DNA of 50,149 bases from a virus (taxonomy: Duplodnaviria; Caudoviricetes), in IMG/VR virus record IMGVR_UViG_3300037478_000329, positions 1 through 50,149 of that record; one strand, given 5' to 3'. The notes beneath the pieces were generated by a model. That model was not told where the DNA came from. It saw only the letters and a list, made by a program, of their open reading frames with translations, and did no database searches. Below are positions 43,824 to 50,149 of this stretch, in pieces (position 1 is the first letter of the stretch; each line of letters starts with the position of its first letter). The position numbers and the translations under genes are program-made.

Positions 43824-44339
43824 ATGATAGCACTCAAGGTCGGGCAAAAGTGGAAGATGGGCGACGGTCGGGTCGTACAAATCAGCAAGATCGGGCTGTA
43901 CGGGATCTGGATCCAGGCCGTGGGGGGCGGCAGCGCGTACCTGTATCAGGCGCAGGAGTTCACCGATAGCCGCGCGGCGACGCTGCTCGCGGACGCTCCG
44001 GACGCGAAGGCGGTCAAGCACGGCGCCTCGCTCGTGGACGCGTCGATCAACGCCTACGCCCGCAAGTACGCGGACGCGTCCACGAGCGAGGCGCTGGCGG
44101 CGTTTCTCCGGAGCGCGGAACAACTGATCGAGTCCGGGCGCATCGACTCGAACGGGGTCGCGTTCCCCGTCGGCACGATCGTCGACGTGCTCGACCCTTG
44201 GCGGCGAGAGGTCGTGTGCTTCCGCGGGAAGGTGATCCATTACGGGGCTTACGGCTCATACGACATCCGCGACGAACGCAAAGCCATGCACGAGGTCAAC
44301 GTCCGGAACCTCCGCGCGGTCCCGAAGGATCAGTTATGA
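43824..44339 (+). CDS. hypothetical protein (SH3-like segments)
   Basis: LKVGQKW..GRVVQI and FPVGTIVDV..GKVI..YDI. Confidence 0.65.
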   Translation: MIALKVGQKWKMGDGRVVQISKIGLYGIWIQAVGGGSAYLYQAQEFTDSRAATLLADAPDAKAVKHGASLVDASINAYARKYADASTSEALAAFLRSAEQLIESGRIDSNGVAFPVGTIVDVLDPWRREVVCFRGKVIHYGAYGSYDIRDERKAMHEVNVRNLRAVPKDQL

Positions 44340-44545
44340 TCGGGCTCCTGCTCGTCTTCGCCGTGTTCGCGCTCGGGTGCGGGTTCACAGCCGTTCTCGT
44401 CGTGCTCGACGATCAGGTGCGCTACAACGCGAAGGCGCGCGCGATCGAGGCGGACGCGGAGCGGGACCGCGAACTCGGGGTATGGAACGGGACGAAGGCG
44501 TTACCCGCGACGCGCTTCCATTGCGTCACGAGGCGCGAGCCTTGA
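44336..44545 (+). CDS. small membrane protein
   Basis: MIGLLLVFAVFALGCGFTAVLVVL. Confidence 0.6.
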   Translation: MIGLLLVFAVFALGCGFTAVLVVLDDQVRYNAKARAIEADAERDRELGVWNGTKALPATRFHCVTRREP

Positions 44546-44712
44546 CCCGCGCCCAGTTCATCCGATGGGCGCGAGATCATGGGTTTGAGTGTCCCGAAGA
44601 TGAAGCGCGCGCCTTGATCAAAGCTTGGCGTGCGCTATGGCCCACGCCTGAGCACCAGGCATGGCTCGCACACGCGAATGCTCGCGCGCTGAAACGAGGG
44701 GATCGTGGGTAA
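44542..44712 (+). CDS. 56-aa protein resembling the PolA fingers helices
   Basis: AQFIRWARDHGFECPEDEARALIKAWRALWP resembles ARFIAWARKVYGVELTPDEEKRHTARWHARYP of the phage's own polymerase. Confidence 0.55.
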   Translation: MTRAQFIRWARDHGFECPEDEARALIKAWRALWPTPEHQAWLAHANARALKRGDRG

Positions 44713-45553
44713 GCGATGCCTGCACCAGTGGACGGGCGACCCGGTGACCTGCCGCGTGTGCGGGAAGCGGGCGCACGCGAGCCCGTCGCAGATTGAAACA
44801 TGGGGGCGCGTGCAGCTTGAGAAGTCGGACGACGGGACGCTGGTCCCGCGCCGCGTCGGGTGCCGCCGCAAGTGGAAGTTTCAACGGCTCCGGGGGAAGC
44901 AAGGCTCGACGCCGGCCGCGGAGTTCGGGCACCAGTGCCACTTGAACCTTGAGAACTACATGCGCCACGGCACGTGGACGCCGGAGATCGCGAAGTCGCC
45001 CGAAGGCAAATGTCTCGCCGCAGGTCTCGCGTACTTCCCCCCGCCGCGCGTCGGACTCGCGGAGACGGAGATCTACGAAGAGATCGGGGGCGTGTTGTGG
45101 ATGATGCAAGCCGACGCGGTCTCGCAGTGGATCCCCGGCGTGTCGATCCTCGTGCAGGACCTCAAGACCACGGGCGACCTCAAGTGGCAAAAGACCCCCG
45201 AACAACTCGCGGACGATCCGCAGCGCATCGCCTACGCGGCCTGGGCGGCGTCACACGTCGACGTGCGATCGGTGACGGCGGAATGGGTCTACTGCCGACG
45301 CAAGCCTCCGAAGGCGAGCACGACGCGTTACGAAGAGTCGGTCGAGGACACGCGCAAGCGCTTGGACATCCTGATCGAGGAAACCGTCCGCCCCATGCTC
45401 GCCGCGAACTGCTTGCCGCTCGAAGCGTTCCCCCGGGATGGACTGCAGACCGGCGAGTGCGAGCGGTACTCTCGGGACGGCTGCGAGTTCAAAGCGGAGT
45501 GTCACGCGGGGATCAATCCTCTTGACTTACTCGCCCATCGTCTCGTAAGTTGA
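44705..45553 (+). CDS. Cas4-like / RecB-family PD-(D/E)XK exonuclease with Fe-S cysteines
   Basis: SPSQI..CRRKW, GHQCH, QAD, QDLKT, DPQRIAYA, C-terminal CERY..GCEFKAEC. Confidence 0.85.
   Translation: MGKRCLHQWTGDPVTCRVCGKRAHASPSQIETWGRVQLEKSDDGTLVPRRVGCRRKWKFQRLRGKQGSTPAAEFGHQCHLNLENYMRHGTWTPEIAKSPEGKCLAAGLAYFPPPRVGLAETEIYEEIGGVLWMMQADAVSQWIPGVSILVQDLKTTGDLKWQKTPEQLADDPQRIAYAAWAASHVDVRSVTAEWVYCRRKPPKASTTRYEESVEDTRKRLDILIEETVRPMLAANCLPLEAFPRDGLQTGECERYSRDGCEFKAECHAGINPLDLLAHRLVS
45522..45551 (+). promoter_or_regulatory. sigma70-type promoter
   Basis: TTGACT-18 bp-TAAGTT, upstream of a GGAG RBS and ATG 45605. Confidence 0.5.
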
Positions 45554-45604
45554 CCACGCCAGGGCCTGGCCGTCGCCGGCCCGCACTAAAACCGGAGAAA
45601 GCCG

Positions 45605-46069
45605 ATGCCAGATCTGATGTCCTTCCTTGGCGCCCAGCCTGCGCCTACCCCTGCGCCCGTAGCAACCCCCACGCTGCCGCCCGCGCTGCAGCAATGGGTC
45701 GATGCCCATCCGCCCGAACAACGCGAGCAGGCGACTGCAGCGGCGCAGGAGCACCTGCGAGCGAATCCCTCGCTCGCGGTCGAGGTCGTGCAAGCGAACC
45801 CGACGCCCGCACCTCCGGTCGCCATGCCCGCCGCCCCCGGTCCGGTCATCGAAACGACCGTGGTCGAGACAACGCCCGCGCAGCCGATCGTAACGGTGGA
45901 CCTGGCCAAGGTCGATCCGCAACCAAAAACGGAGCCCGCATCGCCGAAGCGCGGGCGAGGTCGGCCGGCCAAAGGCGCCGCGCAAACCTTACTTGAAGCC
46001 TGCGCCGCAGGCGGACAAACCCCCGACGCCGCGAGGGAATATCTCGCGCTCCTGGAGTCGAACTCATGA
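45605..46069 (+). CDS. Pro/Ala-rich protein with AT-hook-like motif
   Basis: GGAG RBS; KRGRGRP. Confidence 0.65.
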   Translation: MPDLMSFLGAQPAPTPAPVATPTLPPALQQWVDAHPPEQREQATAAAQEHLRANPSLAVEVVQANPTPAPPVAMPAAPGPVIETTVVETTPAQPIVTVDLAKVDPQPKTEPASPKRGRGRPAKGAAQTLLEACAAGGQTPDAAREYLALLESNS

Positions 46070-46374
46070 GAACGCCACAAGCACACGAAACCTTGCTCGC
46101 CGTCAAGACGGCATCGCTCACGCTGCAGGAAGCGCTGGTCGATCGTCAGAACGCGGTCGCGGAGGCGGCCCCCGATCTCGCGGCGCTCGAACAGTCCCGC
46201 AAGACGGTCGCCGCGCAACTGCGAGAGATTCGAGGTGAACTGCGAACCAGTCGCAAGCTTGCACGCGAGACGCGGCAGCGCTTCGATTCGAGGATCTCCG
46301 CCGCGCGCATGGACCTCGACCAGGCGAACGTCGCCCGGCGCGCGTACCTGGAGGCTGCGAAGCGCGATGGGTAG
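46066..46374 (+). CDS. coiled-coil hypothetical protein
   Basis: Heptad pattern; ATGA overlap. Confidence 0.6.
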   Translation: MRTPQAHETLLAVKTASLTLQEALVDRQNAVAEAAPDLAALEQSRKTVAAQLREIRGELRTSRKLARETRQRFDSRISAARMDLDQANVARRAYLEAAKRDG

Positions 46375-46579
46375 CCGACCGCGACGGTCGAGGCAAGACA
46401 TGCGGCCGGGGCGAAAGTTTCGGCGGCGCACCTTGCTGCGCACGTACATGCGCGAGAACCCCCGGGTTGACCCGTACAACGGGGAACCGCATGCGATCGT
46501 GTTTCGGCGCTTCAACGTGCGCGAACCCTTCCCCGGGTTCGAGACCTGCACCATCATAGGGACGTGTGTTGGACCCTGA
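46367..46579 (+). CDS. small basic hypothetical protein
   Basis: Fills the gap before the helicase gene. Confidence 0.45.
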   Translation: MGSRPRRSRQDMRPGRKFRRRTLLRTYMRENPRVDPYNGEPHAIVFRRFNVREPFPGFETCTIIGTCVGP

Positions 46580-48212
46580 ACTGGCGCGGGTGCTCGCGCT
46601 CCCGCGACATCGCGAACCGACGCCGGCAGAGATCGAAGCCCTGTCGGCGCACCTCCGCCTTCGCGAGTTCGACGACGACGGGGAGCGCAACGTCCTCCGA
46701 CCACAACAGTTCTCCGCGCTGCGGTCGCTGTATGAGATCGGGGGACTGGTCGCCCCGATGCCGGTCGGCGCAGGCAAGACGCTGATTACACTGCTCGCCG
46801 CGACGCTGCTAGGGTCTCGCGTTCCGGTCTTGCTCCTGCCCGCTTCGCTCAAGTCGAAGACCGTCGACGACTTCGCGGAGTATCGTAAGAACTGGCGCGT
46901 CCGCCTGCCCCACATGCTGTCCTATACGATCATGTCGCACGCATCGCACGAGTTCGAACTCGAACGACTCGCGCCCGATCTCCTGCTCGCGGACGAGTGC
47001 GACACAATCAAGCGCGACAACTCCGTAACACGCCGGCTGCGCCGGTACCGGCTCGCGCACCCCGAATGCGTCTACGCTCCGATGTCCGGGACGCTGCTCG
47101 GAGAGAAGATGATGGAGTATCATCACCTGCTAACCTGGTCGCTGCGCACGGGCGCGCCCGTACCGTTGTCGCCTGCGGAGGCGGAGCGGTGGGCAAGCGC
47201 GATCGATAACGAGGTGACGTCACTGCGCCGCGAAGCGCCGCCGATGATCCCGGGCGGGTTTCACGAATGGATGCGGGCGACGCCCGGGATCGTGAGCGGG
47301 CAGGGGGTCACGTGTGGCGCGTCGATCCGGATCTCGCCGTGGTCCCCCCCGCTGCCGGAGGTGCTCACGCAAACGATCGAGCGCACGATGCACAGCGGGA
47401 TGCGTCCCGACGGCGAGTTGCTCGACGAATGGGGGCTGCCCGACTGCTTGAGCCAACTTGCGCTCGGGTTCTATTACGTGTGGGATCCGATGCCCCCCGA
47501 CTGGTGGCTCCGCCCGCGCCGCGCCTGGTTCGCGTACGTCCGCGCGGTGCTCGACGAACACCTCGAAGGGTTCGACACGCAGGGGCAGATTGAACAAGCC
47601 CTCGATCGGTTCGACCAGATCGCCGGCGGCGACTTCGCGATCTATCCGCACGGTGCACACGCACACCGCGTCGCAACGCGCATGCTCCCCGGTGGATACG
47701 AAGACGCGGCGAAGCTGCTCGCGGCCTGGCGCGCGGTCAAAAAAGCGTTCGTGCCGAACCCGGTCCCCGTGTGGATCGACGACACACCATTGCAGCAGGC
47801 GGTGCAGCACACCGCGGGGAAGGGCGTCCTGGTGTGGACCCCGTACATTGCCGCCGGCGTCCGCCTCGAAGAACTCGGGCTCCCGTATTACCACGCGGAC
47901 CTGAACCCCGAGCATGCGAAGCCGGGGCAGACGATCGCGCTATCCCAAAAGGCGCACCACCGCGGGAAGAACTTGCAAGCCTGGCATCGAAACCTGATCC
48001 TCAAGCCGGCAGCGAAACAAGAGATCCACGAACAACAGATCGGCCGCACGCATCGCAGCAAGCAACTCGCGCCGACGATTTATGTTGAGTTCCTCCAGAC
48101 GATCGAGTATCACCGAGATGTCCTGGCGCGTGTTCTATCAAGCGCTCGCGCAACAACCCGAGCAAGCGGCGTGCCCCACAAGCTGGTCCTCGCCGATTGG
48201 ATCACAGAGTAG
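46566..48212 (+). CDS. SF2 (SNF2-like) DNA helicase
   Basis: LRPQQ, MPVGAGKT, LLADEC, MSGT, GKNLQ, QQIGRTHR. Confidence 0.88.
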   Translation: MLDPELARVLALPRHREPTPAEIEALSAHLRLREFDDDGERNVLRPQQFSALRSLYEIGGLVAPMPVGAGKTLITLLAATLLGSRVPVLLLPASLKSKTVDDFAEYRKNWRVRLPHMLSYTIMSHASHEFELERLAPDLLLADECDTIKRDNSVTRRLRRYRLAHPECVYAPMSGTLLGEKMMEYHHLLTWSLRTGAPVPLSPAEAERWASAIDNEVTSLRREAPPMIPGGFHEWMRATPGIVSGQGVTCGASIRISPWSPPLPEVLTQTIERTMHSGMRPDGELLDEWGLPDCLSQLALGFYYVWDPMPPDWWLRPRRAWFAYVRAVLDEHLEGFDTQGQIEQALDRFDQIAGGDFAIYPHGAHAHRVATRMLPGGYEDAAKLLAAWRAVKKAFVPNPVPVWIDDTPLQQAVQHTAGKGVLVWTPYIAAGVRLEELGLPYYHADLNPEHAKPGQTIALSQKAHHRGKNLQAWHRNLILKPAAKQEIHEQQIGRTHRSKQLAPTIYVEFLQTIEYHRDVLARVLSSARATTRASGVPHKLVLADWITE

Positions 48213-48221
48213 GAAAGCCAA

Positions 48222-49049
48222 ATGTACACACCAGAACAGATTCAAGCCTTGCTTGCGCAGGGATACACGCGAGACCAGATCAACGCCGCGATGGGCGTGC
48301 AGACGCAAGCCGCACCTGCGCCCGCTGCCGCGGCAGCACCCGCGCCACAGGCAAGTCTCGACGCGCTCGCACGAGCGTTGGGCGGGGCCGCTTACGGCAC
48401 AAACGCAGATAGCCGCAGGCTTCCCGACGGCGATCACATCGTCGTGATCGAGGCGATGTCGTACAAAACCGGGCTGCAGTACGGGGACCGGTTCATCTGC
48501 GAGTTCGACCTCGAAGCGTCCTCGAATCCCGAGGCCAGCGGGCGCTACTCGATCGCGGTCGACCCCGCCGACAAGTGGGGATATGGGCCGGACGAGATCA
48601 AGGGGATCATCGCCGCGGCGAACGAGGCGAAGAACCCCGCATCAGCCGTGCGCGCGCGGTGGGAACCGCAGTACCTTTACGACGCGATCGCCCCGGCGCA
48701 GCCGTTGAAGGGCGGACGGCTCCGCGTACGGACGCACACGAAGATCGCGGAGAAGTCCGGCAAGCCGTTCGTCAAGCACGAGAACTGGCGCGCGGCCGGG
48801 AGCGAGTCGATCGAGCCCGCGTCCCTGCCCGCGCTGCCGGCCGCTCCCCAGTCCATGCCGTCGCTGCCCACGCTGCCGCCCATGCCCGCCGCGGCTCCGC
48901 CCGCGGGGTTGCCCCCGCTCGCGCCTCCGGCCGCTCTGCCGCCGCTCGGGGCTCCGCAGGGATTGCCTCCGCTCTCCGGCGCTCCGCAAGGCATCGCGCA
49001 GGGCTGGCCGCCCGGTCTCCCGATGCCGGGGCAGGGGGGTGCGCAGTGA
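48222..49049 (+). CDS. putative ssDNA-binding protein with Pro-rich tail
   Basis: LPDGDHIVVI..FICEFDL..VRTHTKIAEKSGKPFVKHENW OB-like core; replication context. Confidence 0.6.
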   Translation: MYTPEQIQALLAQGYTRDQINAAMGVQTQAAPAPAAAAAPAPQASLDALARALGGAAYGTNADSRRLPDGDHIVVIEAMSYKTGLQYGDRFICEFDLEASSNPEASGRYSIAVDPADKWGYGPDEIKGIIAAANEAKNPASAVRARWEPQYLYDAIAPAQPLKGGRLRVRTHTKIAEKSGKPFVKHENWRAAGSESIEPASLPALPAAPQSMPSLPTLPPMPAAAPPAGLPPLAPPAALPPLGAPQGLPPLSGAPQGIAQGWPPGLPMPGQGGAQ

Positions 49050-49360
49050 CCGATGCAAAAACCCTGGCGGCGATCTTGGACATCGCCGCCGCGCGATGGG
49101 GCGTAGGCACGCCCGATCCGAGCCTTCGCGGACTTACGGAGGGGCAAATGCTGGACCGGATCCGGCGCTTGCTTGGGGCGAACGCGGGTGAAAAACATCG
49201 AGTGACGGCGGAGTTCGGTACCAAGAGCCTATCATTCGACGTCGATGTGAAGCAGGCATATCTCGCACTCGGCCAAGGCGGCTGGGTCCGCGCGGTGGAC
49301 GGCCACGCCTACAACCTGAACAGCGCGACGTTCGTACGCGTAGCAAGTGATCCATCATGA
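49046..49360 (+). CDS. hypothetical protein
   Basis: GTGA/ATGA coupled to its neighbours. Confidence 0.6.
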   Translation: MTDAKTLAAILDIAAARWGVGTPDPSLRGLTEGQMLDRIRRLLGANAGEKHRVTAEFGTKSLSFDVDVKQAYLALGQGGWVRAVDGHAYNLNSATFVRVASDPS

Positions 49361-49524
49361 ACCGGGTTCAAGAGCCGAAGTGGTATCGGCTGCCGTGCGG
49401 GCTGATCGCCCGGGTCGTGCACCCGCGGTCGACCGCGGAGCAACTGCCCGTCTTCGAACCGATCGACGCGAAGCACGATCCGGAGGCGGCGCTCGCACGG
49501 ATCCCGATTCGGGGCGCCTCGTGA
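49357..49524 (+). CDS. 55-aa microprotein, paralogue A (not in the ORF track)
   Basis: MNRVQEPKWYRLPCGLIARVVHP...; ATGA overlap. Confidence 0.65.
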   Translation: MNRVQEPKWYRLPCGLIARVVHPRSTAEQLPVFEPIDAKHDPEAALARIPIRGAS

Positions 49525-49700
49525 GCGGGCGCGTCCGCGAGCCCCGGTGGTACCGCTTGCCGGACGGGCGCATCGGCAAGGTCGTGCACCTGCCAACGAT
49601 GGGCGAGGCGCTCGAAGAGTTCGACCGCTCGCGCGGGCGGGATCGATCGGAGGCATACCCCGAGCGGCGTGTGCCTGCGAAGTTCAAGCACGAAAAGTAA
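49521..49700 (+). CDS. 59-aa microprotein, paralogue B
   Basis: MSGRVREPRWYRLPDGRIGKVVHL...; GTGA overlap. Confidence 0.65.
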   Translation: MSGRVREPRWYRLPDGRIGKVVHLPTMGEALEEFDRSRGRDRSEAYPERRVPAKFKHEK

Positions 49701-49722
49701 GGGCGACCATGCGCGTCCACCA

Positions 49723-49754
49723 GCCCCGTACCTCGCAGGAGGTCGGGGCTTCTG
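49723..49754 (+). terminator. conserved bulged hairpin, copy 4
   Basis: GCCCCGTACCTCGCAGGAGGTCGGGGC followed by TTCTG, after the stop at 49700. Confidence 0.7.
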
Positions 49755-49991
49755 TCGTGTGACCGCCCGCGCCTGGAAGACTGAGATTCTCGTAACGCCC
49801 GAGCAGGCTTACCTAGGATCGGGAAAGGATCGGGGATCGCAAGTACCCCCGGCCATCAGCATATACTCTGCGAAACCGATGCTAGGACAAAACGCACGCA
49901 AGACCAGGGGCAACCAACGCGGGAGGGATCGTGCACACCGACATAGTCACAATACGGCACCGGTGGGAGATCCTTCGGCCGTAGGGTGCCC
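49755..49991 (+). promoter_or_regulatory. putative array leader / polA promoter region
   Basis: Gap with no convincing gene, containing TATACT at 49862-49867; no clear -35. Confidence 0.45.
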
Positions 49992-50149
49992 CTCGCAACG
50001 GTACCGCGGAGTGCATGCCGGTGAGGGGCTGTATCGGTTGTGCCGACCGATCGCCCGGGCTGGGTCTCGCAACGGTACCGCGGAGTGCATGCCGGTGAGG
50101 GTCGCCCATGCAATACCTCGCGAGCACGGACTTCGCGGCTCGCAACGGG
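49992..50149. CRISPR. CRISPR mini-array, part 1
   Basis: Repeats at 49992-50027 and 50066-50101 (= 33-68), 38-bp spacer at 50028-50065, partial repeat at the contig end. Confidence 0.9.
50034..50148 (+). repeat. terminal overlap identical to 1-115 (circular assembly)
   Basis: 115-bp exact match to the window start; only the last base (50149) differs. Confidence 0.92.

Noticed and set aside
664-48000. Many long antisense or alternate-frame ORFs in the track (e.g. 664-1995 -, 34693-36216 +, 45586-46704 -)
   Set aside because: Arg/Pro/Ala-rich shadow ORFs typical of high-GC DNA, overlapping genes with clear motifs.
49905-49975. Possible degenerate sixth repeat upstream of the array
   Set aside because: Only scattered similarity (GTGCACACCG, GTCACAATACGGCACCG) and the spacing does not fit the array period.
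1-50149. Integrase/att site, tRNA, reverse transcriptase/DGR, cas operon
   Set aside because: No recognisable motifs or structures by eye; highly divergent versions cannot be excluded.
49759-50149. Open frame from GTG 49759 running through the leader and array
   Set aside because: No protein-like features and it crosses the repeats; more likely non-coding leader.

Overview
The window is an apparently complete, circularly assembled, GC-rich tailed phage genome of about 50,033 bp; bases 50034-50148 repeat bases 1-115. It looks like a contractile-tailed (myovirus-type) phage, and I found no integrase. The minus strand carries the packaging and virion block (15.2-40.5 kb): TerS/TerL, DUF2213 protease, cement, DUF2184 capsid, neck, DUF3383 sheath, tube, chaperones, tape measure, baseplate and fibre, with portal and gpF displaced to the far end. 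The plus strand carries replication, nucleotide-metabolism and accessory genes (43.8 kb through the junction to 15.2 kb): Cas4-like nuclease, SF2 helicase, SSB-like protein, family A DNA polymerase, metallophosphoesterase, MazG, DUF5664, DNA methyltransferase, VRR-NUC and an M15 endolysin. A primase-helicase gene lies on the minus strand. The main highlight is a cas-less CRISPR mini-array spanning the junction (5 identical 36-bp repeats, 4 spacers) whose last repeat appears to supply the ribosome-binding site and start codon of the DNA polymerase. Other highlights are an HNH endonuclease gene nested out of frame in an uninterrupted methyltransferase ORF, a micro-ORF resembling the polymerase fingers, promoter-gene-hairpin cassettes with leaderless starts, and two lipoprotein proteases inside the virion operon. 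All protein calls come from motif recognition by eye; no database searches were run and the host is unknown.
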